Below, in pieces: positions 25,001-36,400 of a stretch of DNA of 64,000 nucleotides. Numbering within the stretch: the first letter of the stretch is position 1; each line of letters opens with the position of its first letter. The position numbers and the translations under genes are program-made. Source of the DNA: Mytilus trossulus (Eukaryota); assembly GCF_036588685.1 (NCBI RefSeq), contig NW_026963290.1, forward strand, positions 3,720,001 through 3,784,000, in the 5' to 3' direction. The notes below the pieces were generated by a model, which saw nothing but the letters and a program-made list of their open reading frames with translations, was not told the DNA's origin and searched no databases.

Positions 25001-27570
25001 ATGTTCATTAACATTGCCATCTGTTCCTGTACATGTTGCCGTTTTCAAATCGATTCTATCTCTAACATTTTTTGAGAAATGAGCAAAGGAAAGAAATTGT
25101 TTCAAGGGGAAATAACTCTCAAAGGGGATGATGAAATTCTATGCAGCCTCATATGGTAATACATCATGATGAGATGTACCTATTGTCCAAATAAGATCAT
25201 GATATCTTTAAAAACAACGAGGGGGGGCCATGTTGAAAAAAATCAATAAAAGGGAGATAACTTCTAAAGGGGATGATGAAATCCTACACAGCCTCATCTG
25301 GTAATACTTCATGATGAGGTCTACCGATGGTCCATATTTGGTTTTGATAACTCCAATAGAAACGAGGGGAGGCCATGTCAAACAAATGCTGGATGAAAAA
25401 AAAAGAAAAAACTAGTATCTCAATTGTTTGTAAAACAATTGAAAGGTCTTTCCTGTAAAAGTGATGTTTTCGTTATGTACTTTGTACGACCTTTCGTTTG
25501 ATATACGACAAGCATACCTTTTCAAACTTTTCGCTTTTAACACTTAATGACCTCATCCGCCTACAGTTTTGAGATCGGAAGTATGATATATGTAATACAG
25601 GGTAGATGAGCTTTCATTTGATATGCGACAACGCCATTTTCTAGAAAGTTTGATTTTTGCACTTAATAACCCTATCCAACTAATTTTTTGAGGTCGGGAA
25701 TTTGATATTTTAAATGTACACATCATGACCTTTCATTTGATATACAACAACCCTATCTTTAAAGAAAATTTATATTTTGCACTCAATGACCCCATCCAAC
25801 CCATTTTTGGGAGACGTCAATTTGAAATTTGAAATGTACGCTTTATGTTCTTTCATTTGATATGCGACAACCTTACCATCTGAGAAATTTGAATGTTTGC
25901 ACTAAATGAACCCACCCTGCCCACTGGGATGAAAAGGGGGTTCAAAATTTTCATTTTTAGGTAGAGTTTATTTAGACCTTCAATTTGATATATCAGATGA
26001 CCCCATTTGACAAAGTACAAATAATGATGCAATATCAACTATATAAATAGAAGTTATGAAACTTACAAAGTCAATGCAAAACTTGAAAATTTCAAAATGA
26101 TTTTTTGGTGTATTTTTCCATGGAATGTTTTTGTTATTTGGTCAAACATATAACTATGTCAACCTCTTCAATTTCTTAAACATTTTAAGTGGTAAGCTCT
26201 TGTTGATTCAGAAATACATGCCTCCGCTCGCAAAACTTTAAACTGCAGTATCTCTATAACGACAATAGATATCTCAAATCTGTTAAATGATAAATGATCT
26301 ACAGTTGAAGGACAACATTATAGAAAAAGAATTGGGACAATTTCAAAGTTCACCAAGGTCACAATTAATCATCAAATATATGATGCAATACCAAACTTGA
26401 GAACCGGAAGTCATAGAGACATGGGACTATCACCATTCAACTCAGGACCACTTGACCTTTCAGAGATCACAATGTCAAGGTCATAGTATAATGTGAAGGT
26501 CAAGGTGAAATTGCATCATGACGTAACATTGACCTTAAATTGAAGGTCTTGAATTACTGATCATCTTTGCAGTATATAGTAGGTTGATATCTGTTACCTT
26601 AAAAAAGATATACACAAAATACTAGATTTTTAAGAATCATCCCGTTGTAACTTTTGAACAGACAGTCGGACATTTTTCGGTTAATAATATAAAATGTAGA
26701 GCTCGTCGAGAGGAACATTTTATACGCTGTATGTATGCAGCAAAGTCTTTTCGTTTTCCTAATATGTAAGCTTGAAATTGCAGCGTAATTTTTTTTTGCA
26801 CTCAGTGACCTTTGACCTTGGGTGCATATTCAAGGTCACATGAATTACAGATTATTGGTGCAGGTCCCAAGTCTCTACGACTTCCGGTTCTGAAAATAAA
26901 AAAATTCTAAAACTGTTCACAATTTTTCAAGGGGAATAACTCCTTATAAGGGTTAATAACAAAATGATTGTATATGTTCAATAACATTGCCATCTGTTCT
27001 TGTACATGTTACCGTTTTCAAATCGATTCTGTCTTGAATACTTTTTGCTAAAAATGTAAAAGAAAGAAATTGCTTCAAGGGGACATAACTCTCATAAGGG
27101 ATGATGAAATCCTTAGCAGCCTCATATGGTAACATATCATGATAAGATCTAGCTATTGTCCAAATAAGGTCATGATATCTTTTAAAACATTTAAGGGGGG
27201 CCATGTTGAAAAAAATCAATAAAAGGGAGATAACTTCTAAAGGGGATGATGAAATCCTACAAAAGTTCATCTTGTAAAAGTTCATGATGAGGTCTATCGA
27301 TGGTCCATATTTGGTCTTGATAACTTCAACAGAAAGGGGATGAGGCCTTGTCAAACAAATGTTGGAAGAAAAAAAAGAAAAAAAAGAAAAAGAAAAAAAA
27401 ACATTAGAAAAACAATAAGGTCTTTCCTCACGTAGGGGAAAGACCTTAAAAACATGCGAAAAACAATAAGGTCTTTCCTCGCGGAGAGGAAAGACCTTAA
27501 TGATGTGAGGGAGTGTCACTCTGGTCAACCCCATAGGGGATTGACGGCTTGAAGCCGTCTTTCCCCAAAA
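22025..27570 (-). mobile_element. Outer Helentron-associated element hosting two nested elements
   Basis: Perfect 13-bp subTIR pair GGGGAAAGACGGC (22047-22059) / GCCGTCTTTCCCC (27554-27566); 3' stem-loop AGAGCT-GAAT-AGCTCT (22029-22044); 5' hairpin 27536-27566. Confidence 0.7.
23437..27500 (-). mobile_element. Two copies of a ~2-kb HINE-like family; copy B (25411-27449) lies inside copy A
   Basis: Bodies repeat at 1974-bp offset (ACTAGTATCTC at 23437 and 25411); two terminal hairpins AAGGTCTTTCC...GGAAAGACCTT at ~27417-27448 and ~27468-27498; internal ~120-bp subrepeats with TTTCATTTGATAT. Confidence 0.85.
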
Positions 27571-27598
27571 ATGTAATGCATATAAATCTAAGTTTTAC

Positions 27599-27722
27599 CC
27601 CTTTTGCTAACTTCTCTCAGATCTTCCAGATCACATTTGTTTCCAGCAATAGCCAGTATAATATTATGGGATGCATTTTTCTTCAGTTCGTTAATCCAGT
27701 CTTTCACTGTTTTAAATGTTGA
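27599..27722 (-). CDS. RAB31/RAB22: Rab22/Rab31 exon 5 (STFKTVKDWINELKKNASHNIILAIAGNKCDLEDLREVSKR)
   Basis: G4 motif GNKCDL; CAG/GT boundaries, 124 nt, phases 0/1. Confidence 0.95.
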
Positions 27723-28246
27723 CTGTAAGAAAAGATTAGCATGTATACAGAAACAGTTTTCATTCTTTGTTGTTTAATAATTGAATGCTAAATTTCATTG
27801 TGTAATAAAGTTGATTAAGGAATAACGAGAGATTGCAATATAACCAATCAGAATAATGTATTATAATGAAACATACATCTTATGTAATTGTTGTATTTTC
27901 TAACCCCAGGTATAAAGGAATGCCTTGGCATTGATTGGTGCAACTTTTCTGAATTTTTCAATATTGATGCACTCAAACTTTGTATTTGATTTGGCTTCTT
28001 ATAAATTTGTTTCGAACTCCACTGATAAGTTTTATGTAGTCTTTTATTCTTTCATTTTGATCACATGGATTGAATTTCTTTCTAATTGACAATTATAGAA
28101 CAAGTCCTTTTTATATTCATGATATTAGTCTAAGCACTTTTTGAAATGTTATATTTTGTTTGAGCTAATGATTTTGTTTTTTGCTGAGTATAAAACCAAT
28201 TTTATTTTAAGACTTATTTTAACATTGTCTAACATGTTAAACTTAC

Positions 28247-28318
28247 ATCTCTCGATACATCATAAACAACGATAGCTGCTGCTGCACCTCTATAATACAT
28301 TGGAGCTAAGGATCTATA
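28247..28318 (-). CDS. RAB31/RAB22: Rab22/Rab31 exon 4, full-length copy ([24 protein letters not shown])
   Basis: Rab5-group LAPMYYRGA motif; TTTCCAG acceptor, GTAAGT donor, 72 nt, phase 0/0; last copy, in transcription order, of the 94-bp array. Confidence 0.9.
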
Positions 28319-29664
28319 CTGGAAATATATAATTAAAGTTTACATTATCTACATCATAAACAACAATAGCTGCTGCTGCACCTCTATAATACATTGGAGC
28401 TAAGGATCTATACTGGAAATATACAATTAAAGTTTACATTATCTACATCATAAACAACAATAGCTGCTGCTGCACCTCTATAATACATTGGAGCTAAGGA
28501 TCTATACTGGAAATATACAATTAAAGTTTACATTATCTACATCATAAACAACAATGGCTGCTGCAGCACCTCTATAATACATTGGAGCTAGGGATCTATA
28601 CTGGAAATATATAAGTAAAGTTTACATTATCTACATCATAAACAACAATAGCTGCTGCTGCACCTCTATAATACATTGGAGCTAAGGATCTATACTGGAA
28701 ATATACAATTAAAGTTTACATTATCTACATCATAAACAACAATAGCTGTTGCTGCACCTCTATAATACATTGGAGCTAAGGATCTATACTGGAAATATAC
28801 AATTAAAGTTTACATTATCTACATCATAAATAACAATGGCTGCTGCAGCACCTCTATAATACATTGGAGCTAGGGATCTATACTGGAAATATATAAGTAA
28901 AGTTTACATTATCTACATCATAAACAACAATAGCTGCTGCTGCACCTCTATAATACATTGGAGCTAGGGATCTATACTGGAAATATATAAGTAAAGTTTA
29001 CATTATCTACATCATAAACAACAATAGCTGCTGCAGCACCTCTATAATACATTGGAGCTAGGGATCTATACTGGAAATATATAAGTAAAGTTTACATTAT
29101 CTACATCATAAACAACAATAGCTGCTGCTGCACCTCTATAATACATTGGAGCTAGGGATCTATACTGGAAATATATAAGTAAAGTTTACATTATCTACAT
29201 CATAAACAACAATAGCTGCTGCTGCACCTCTATAATACATTGGAGCTAAGGATCTATACTGGAAATATACAATTAAAGTTTACATTATCTACATCATAAA
29301 CAACAATAGCTGCTGCTGCACTTCTATAATACATTGGAGCTAGGGATCTATACTGGAAATATATAAGTAAAGTTTACATTATCTACATCATAAACAACAA
29401 TAGCTGCTGCTGCACCTCTATAATACATTGGAGCTAAGGATCTATACTGGAAATATACAATTAAAGTTTACATTATCTACATCATAAACAACAATAGCTG
29501 CTGCTGCACCTCTATAATACATTGGAGCTAGGGATCTATACTGGAAATATATAAGTAAAGTTTACATTATCTACATCATAAACAACAATAGCTGCTGCTG
29601 CACCTCTATAATACATTGGAGCTAAGGATCTATACTAGAAATATACAATTAAAATTACATCATA
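28247..29664 (-). repeat. 94-bp tandem array (15 copies) made of Rab exon 4 plus its splice acceptor
   Basis: Acceptor complement ct(g/a)gaaat recurs every 94 bp from 28319 to 29635; each unit encodes [21 protein letters not shown] on the - strand with few substitutions. Confidence 0.97.
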
Positions 29665-30177
29665 TTTGTTTTTTGCAGAATTTTATGTTAATAGCAGATC
29701 TTTGACATGTTTGATGGTCTGTGTCATGTTTATTTAATTTCACCATCTTTATTTTCATCTCTGGGTAATTTAGACCTTGACATATTTTGTATAGATATGT
29801 GTCTTCTATTGAAGAGTATGTAACCCTTTAAATTTCTTTATAATCATGATAATACATGTGTTATTAAGTTTGAATTGTATACATCTGTTCCAGACGCAGG
29901 AGTATTCTCTTCCGTTAGACCTAGAGTACGTTCGTATGAAGACAGACCTACAAAAAAGCCTGAACTTTTTAACGATAGTATTGTTACAGTTCAGAATTGG
30001 CCAATGGCTGCTGCTTCTGATCATGCTGATATATACCCCACATCTTCTTTTATTCATCAGCATCAAGTACCTTTAAAAGACTTTATCAACTCTGTGAATA
30101 CCAAAAGGTTTTTTTCTTCCCAAGCACAATTTAACTTTACTGACATGTGACTTCATTTCTGTCCAAAATTAACCCAC

Positions 30178-30259
30178 CTTTTCTTGACCAGCAGTGTCCC
30201 ATATTTGGAATGCATAATGTTGATCATCAACTGCAATCTTCTTACTCATAAAAGAAGCT
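30178..30259 (-). CDS. RAB31/RAB22: Rab22/Rab31 exon 3 (ASFMSKKIAVDDQHYAFQIWDTAGQEK)
   Basis: G3 motif WDTAGQE; CAG/GT boundaries, 82 nt, phases 2/0. Confidence 0.95.
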
Positions 30260-30405
30260 CTGTGTAAGTCAAAAAGTATAACATTAGATTTCATACACAG
30301 CTTATACAAATGTACTAATAAAACTAATTATAATGCCCAAAAAAACTCAAAGGAAAATATACTTATAAAACCCCCAACCTGGCAATCCAATTCAATAAAA
30401 AAACA

Positions 30406-30568
30406 GAGTTGAATACAATTGTGGAGTTGAATACACTTGTGGAGTTGAATACACTTGTGGAGTTGAATACACTTGTGGAGTTGAATACACTTGCAGAGTT
30501 GAATATACTTGCGGAGTTGAATACACTTGCAGAGTTGAATATACTTGCGAAGTTGAATACACTTGCGA
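30406..30568. repeat. 18-bp minisatellite (GAGTTGAATACACTTGYG, about 9 copies) in Rab intron 2
   Basis: Visible tandem unit; explains the spurious LHKCIQ ORF. Confidence 0.9.
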
Positions 30569-31902
30569 ACTAACAACCTCAGCATTGTCAGACTGGATGA
30601 TTGCAGTAGATAAACTAATTACACCACTTTGCAGCCAACTGCAGCCAACGAGGCTTACTATGTGATTATGTTGTTAATGTCTGTGTCATTTTGGTCTCTT
30701 GTGGACAGTTATGTCTCATTGTCAATCATACCACATCTTTTTTTATATATATATATATACATGTATATCCTCATTAAATCAATCATGAAATACAGTGATT
30801 CAGGAAATCTCAATAAAGAATTTGTTTTTAAAGCAAACATTCTAATTTCATTATCAAATACCTGATTTCAAATACTAACTCAAATTCCACATTCATTATT
30901 CTTATGCTCAGATTTGTTCATCATAAAACTTTAAATTGATATAATTTGAGCTGTGAAGGTTAGAAATCAACCTTATACAATTGAATATCAATACAGCTGT
31001 TCACCTAATTTGGATAGAAAATCTATATGGAAAGTCTGTAGCTGTTTGAAAATTGAGCTGTTATACAAATGTTATAAGAAAATCTATATAACAGATCAAA
31101 ATTCATCTCCTATTTTGTTTTTGAATGTTCCAATATCAATCAAACATCTTGCACTTCCATAAGGTCAATTTCTATATATACTGCAGCTCATTTTGCATGA
31201 ATTTTAAAAGCACAATCTATAAAAAATCTGGTTATTTGGGTCATCTGACAGATTGTGAGTTTTATTATTGTGATTCCAAAAACATCTGTATACAGGTTAG
31301 GTCTATGTTGCAATTATCAGAATGCAAGTTTTCAATATTGGGATACCCACCTCATTCACATTAATAAAAACCTCGCAATTATTTTGAATTTACAGTATCT
31401 GTCAACATGGTAACATTTTGTATACTCTTCAGTAAATACAATGATGTATATTATAAAAGAGAAAACCTTCATACACAAATATATATGTGTCTCTTTAATA
31501 TTAGTGAGATCATATTCATTTTTATAGCATATATATATTAATTGTTTTGTATTATTTTTTATTATGCATCTATCAGTCAGGGTTAATAATTACAGCATTT
31601 TTTTCTTCTTTTTTTTGTTTGCTTAATTTCACATAAATTATTTTGGAAGTAGAGTTATATACCTTTAGACCTTCTAATTTCTTTTAAATATGTACAATGA
31701 TGTATAAGTAAATAACTAATATTTCCTTTTTTGTGTTAATTGTCTATTGATACTTATAGATATTGATAATTGTCTTTGCTGCTCATTCTGATATATATAT
31801 ATGAATGTTATATTTGTCACTGGACATTGAAAACTATTACCATCATCTAATTCACATAAAAACAAATTCATAACATATCGTATAATGTATAATCAATATT
31901 AC

Positions 31903-31982
31903 CCTATTGTACTCTCTAAAGCTGGTTTAAAGGAATCTGTCACAAATCTCATAACAATGCTGGACTTTCCAACTCCAGACTC
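31903..31982 (-). CDS. RAB31/RAB22: Rab22/Rab31 exon 2 (ESGVGKSSIVMRFVTDSFKPALESTIG)
   Basis: P-loop GxxGVGKS and switch I TIG; CAG acceptor, GT donor, 80 nt, phases 0/2. Confidence 0.93.
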
Positions 31983-32868
31983 CTGTCAATGAAAGAAGAA
32001 TGTGACAATTGTTTAATACTGTAGGAATACACTTCCAAGTAGATTTCTTTGCAATTTGGCAATACAATTTATATATTGTTTATCTTTCAATCCTGAAACA
32101 AATACCCATGACACACATGCATGCATGTATTGAGTGATTCTTTTTAAATGATAATATTTTAACAAACCAAAACCATTACAACATGTAAACACAATGGTTC
32201 CAAGTAGTTTTGGTCCAAAGTTGCTCCTGTCTAAAGTTGAATAGGCCCGGGCCCATAATAAAACAACTTTGAATATTACGAGGGGGGATAGGACCTTTGT
32301 TCGGACTGCGGGATCGGTGTTTTTAGGCTTAGGAATTCTAGATTTCCCCTTTCTGGATCCAGGAATTCTTTTTGTTGTGACTGATACACTTAGAGCCAGA
32401 TTTACATGAAAGCAACAAAATTGATTGTCATGGATTTAAAAATCATTTCATTGTAGTATTCATTATAGCAAATAGAAGTACAAATTTAATATCACCGCTG
32501 TATATATACGGAAATTGTGTTCTTTCATCAGTAACATCTGTCATGTCTGTGTCCTATTAATATGATTAATAATATGTAAGTTCAGTGCATATTGGTTCAT
32601 CATTAATTCTCAGTCACATATGTTTATAGATCAGATGTCAAATCCATTCATTTTGTTATGGGTCAAAAACTAGATTGTTGTACATGAAACTAAATCAGAA
32701 AGTGTCCCGTTTCTCAGTTGTTCACTCGACACCTGCATCAAACGATTTCCAATGAAATATCATGTGTGTATAGTACATCACAGACTCAATAAAATATAGG
32801 TAAATGAAATGTTGTTCAAAGTGTTTTCATAAATAGATAAACTCTTCAGATTTGAAAGTGAAACTTAC

Positions 32869-32910
32869 CCCTAGTAAACACACTTTAACTTCACGAATTG
32901 ACATTGTCAT
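32869..32910 (-). CDS. RAB31/RAB22: Rab22/Rab31-subfamily GTPase, coding exon 1 (MTMSIREVKVCLLG)
   Basis: Matches the Rab22A/Rab31 N-terminus (RELKVCLLG); GTAAGT donor, phase 0; alternative ATG at 32904. Confidence 0.9.
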
Positions 32911-33292
32911 TCGCAATATATCATCTTTACGTATACAATGTTTATAAGTTGTACGTTTTTCGTATATTTTCAATAAAATCAAATGATGTGAATGCTTTAT
33001 AGTGTTTTGTTTTAGTGTTTGAAACCCAAACAACCCAGTTTCAGTTCAGGCATGACAAATCCACCATGTTATGATCACATGATTTTGCTTAAGCTAATAA
33101 CCAACGGTTGAGTAAAAACCAGTATAATCAATAACGGCCAATAAATAAAGGACTATTTTAAAGAATACTTCAGTTTCCCCTCGTATCCGATAGAGTAGCA
33201 AAACAGGGAAGGAAGAAAGGTTTTAAGTGCTATCGGCTACAAAATATAACGATAAAATAGGTTTGAGTAAAAAAAATATGTATATACAGGCT

Positions 33293-33476
33293 TAGTCCAA
33301 ATAATTATGACGTTTGGCAAGGCTATTTTAATTTTTTTTTCTGGGACGCCTTCCTACGTTTTTGGCAAGGCTATTTTAATTTTTTTTCTGGGACGCCTTC
33401 CTACAACGTACAACGTAGGAAGGCGTCCCAGAAAAAAATAAAATAGCCTTGCCAGACGTCATAATGATTTGGACTA
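33293..33476. mobile_element. 184-bp foldback MITE with 9-bp TSD (Mutator-like)
   Basis: TAGTCCAAAT...ATTTGGACTA, nearly fully palindromic with an internal ~44-bp duplication; ATACAGGCT at 33284-33292 and 33477-33485. Confidence 0.85.
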
Positions 33477-36400
33477 ATACAGGCTGTGGTGTATGTATGT
33501 ATGTATGTTCCGTATCTTCCTCCTTTAGCAAGAGCACCACCATGGGTTATGTTGTAAAAACTCATGTATGTTAACTTGAATTTGTTATGAAGTTAAACGA
33601 AAAAACGCAGATGTAAGCATTCACGCGAGGATCAATTTGACGATGCTGTGGCTCAAATCGTAGATGGAATTATTGCGACAAAAAAGGTAAATGAAATCTT
33701 ACCGAAATATGAATAATAAAATGATAAGAACACACTGACAACTTGCACATTTAATGTTGAAGTATCAAAGAAAAAAGGTCACCTTCCATGTAAAATCGAG
33801 AGGCAATGATAAGTATGCTATTTTCTCTTAAAAAAATAACTGTACATTTGGAAAACTCATCTTACAAAAAAAATGTTGAAGTGAAAAATAAATACATTTT
33901 CTCGACCGCTGAACATTTTGGAGGTATAATTATTTTTTTTTAAATACTGTCAATTTTTTTCTTCAAAGAGGCAAAGATGGAGATAAAAAAAACTTTGTTA
34001 TACGAAAATGATGGCTTACACAATTTTGAATAATTCGGTCTCTTCGAGTTATGTTTGCAAAAAGCTCCATATTTATCAAACACACAAAATATTAATATTC
34101 TTTAAGATACAGAAACATCCTGAAAATACCTTAGGTTCAAACTAACTCATATGGTAAGAAACTAACTCATATGGTAAGAAATGTTTTCGTTTCGTTGATG
34201 ATTGTCTGTGGAATAATTTCTGTACCAGATTACTTTAAGACTGAAAACAGCTTCTAAATTTTGGAAGCAGCCAAGTTATTTCGTCATGACGTTGTTCTGA
34301 TAATGAAACATATACTCATGCACTTTTTTGTTGCGTAACTTGAAAAGCTTGCATTGCAATTTTAATTTTATTCTTTAGTAATTAACAAAAAGTGTTTATG
34401 TTGAATTTACTTTAATACCATTACTAACCAAATTAAGATGCATTTTTTAATGAATTATATTAGCATCGCTCTTATTTGCTATTCAGTGTATATATGTTTT
34501 ATATTTTGTGAATAGCTCATTAGATCTTGATAAATATGTTCCATTGTTTGTTAATATCTGCTAAATCTGAATAAATATAAGAGACTATACATTTGTGAAC
34601 TTAAAATTATGTCTGACTCACTGTCAAGGAAAAAAATATGAAAGAATACTTGAGTCGACTTTTAAATATAGGAAAGAACTCTGCGATTAGTGTTACAAAT
34701 CATAATGAGTGTAGCTAAATTTATCGTAGTCGTTGTATGTATGTAGATCCACAATCCAGGTATAAATATAGTTTTTGCAAAAGCCACGGTCAATTAACTA
34801 CTTTGATAGGCAGAGAGAAATAAAAAGAAATTTTTCATCTGAAAATTCGACCCAAATTCTCTCCCTGAGTTCACGACAGAAATCCAGTTTTTCTCTTAGA
34901 CTCTACTCAATCTTTTATAAATTCTTTTACAGTAAATATCACGAAAACCACACCAGTGATCATATTGTATGTGAACTTATTATTTATGCTACTCTATGTG
35001 TATATAACTTTGCTTAAAATTTCACCAGGGTTGAGTTCAATATCGTAGCAATTTCTATGTAGCAAGTAGTCTATAACTACACGTTCAGTAGTCGAAATCT
35101 ACGTAGCACTCGGCAGCAGCTGTAATATGTAATGCGGCCCTGTTCTGTTGCAACTTCTTACACATGAACAAATATACACAGCCAGTATCGCTATTATTTT
35201 TCACTAATAACCTTATATTCAGGAATAAAATAATGTTGTGTTCTTATGTATATGAGTACACATACATACCCATCTCGTTATTATTTACTGTTATGCCTCA
35301 AATATATTAGTTTTCTTAAATTATCTTTGAAAAATGCCTTCGTGACTACTGGGGTATGTTTTTGTCAACTTTTCACAAAACTAATGCTTCTATGTGCAGA
35401 GTTATAAGAATGATATTTCATTTCCTAAAAAATGTTGTTGCTAGGCAAAGTTCATGTAATTCAAAGACCAAACATATTTACTAATAATATCTATGCATTC
35501 AGAGAGCATGCACATATACTGTGTCTTTTCCTAATACATAAGTTAAATTATAAACATATAGATAACTGAATGAGGATGCAATTAGTATTTTTTTTTAAAA
35601 GTGGCAATGGAATAAAGAAGAATGAAAATTATGTAATGTAGGCAAAACTCAAGTATTCACAAATTGATGATCCTTGATAAAGTCATCGAATAAAATTGTT
35701 TTTAGGTTAAAATTTCCCACGAGTTATCCTTCTTTTCCTGATATTTTAGCCTAGAATATGAAATACCATACAATCAATTTTCAAATGACAGATGATGGCT
35801 TACCATTTTAATTTTATTTAAGGAGTTGTAAAGCATAACAATGTACACTATATAGTAAGTGAAACTCTAAAAAAAATAAGTAACTTGCAATCTTTTAAAA
35901 ATATCAAAGTTATGTTTATCCAAATAGTTTATTCAATATAATGTGTGTCGGATGCAACCCTCGAAAAATAATGATTTCTGGCTTACATTGTCAATATCGG
36001 TGTCGTTATATTTTATTAAATTATTATCAGCATGTTGTAAGAGTTCTATCTGCAGCTATTTTGTTTCATTATAAAATGTCCAACCGTCAATAGCCTGTTA
36101 TTCAGTGGTTGTGGTTGTTTCATGTCTGCTATATTTGATTTTCGTACACTATCTCGGAATTGTTTCACGTTTTGTTATTTAGAGTATTTTATAGCTAAAA
36201 ATATGTATGGTATAGGGTTTGTTTATTGTTGAATACCGTACGGTGACCTATAATTGGGAATATCAACATCGTTTGGATTCTTTTATTTTTGTATTATGAA
36301 GTCCTATATAGTAGGTGCCGATTTTGTAGCAATTTTGGAGTATGGGGTGGAAGAACCAGCTACACCATGTATGTATTGACAAAATTTGATCTGTAAGCCT

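Noticed and set aside
23437-27449. Simple 2-kb tandem duplication or haplotype mis-assembly
   Set aside because: Copies are diverged throughout and both terminal hairpins sit together at the right end, which fits nested insertion better.
26953-27534. 193-aa ORF on the - strand
   Set aside because: Lies across the hairpins and T-rich linker of the nested elements; the repeated peptide reflects the duplicated hairpin; no domain.
28247-29664. CRISPR-like array
   Set aside because: No unique spacers, eukaryotic context, no cas genes; the unit is a duplicated Rab exon.
30328-30585. Cys-rich repeat peptide (LHKCIQ)n
   Set aside because: Translation of an 18-bp intronic minisatellite.
34140-34180. 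20-bp direct duplication (AACTAACTCATATGGTAAGA x2)
   Set aside because: Isolated slippage-type duplication with nothing to suggest function.
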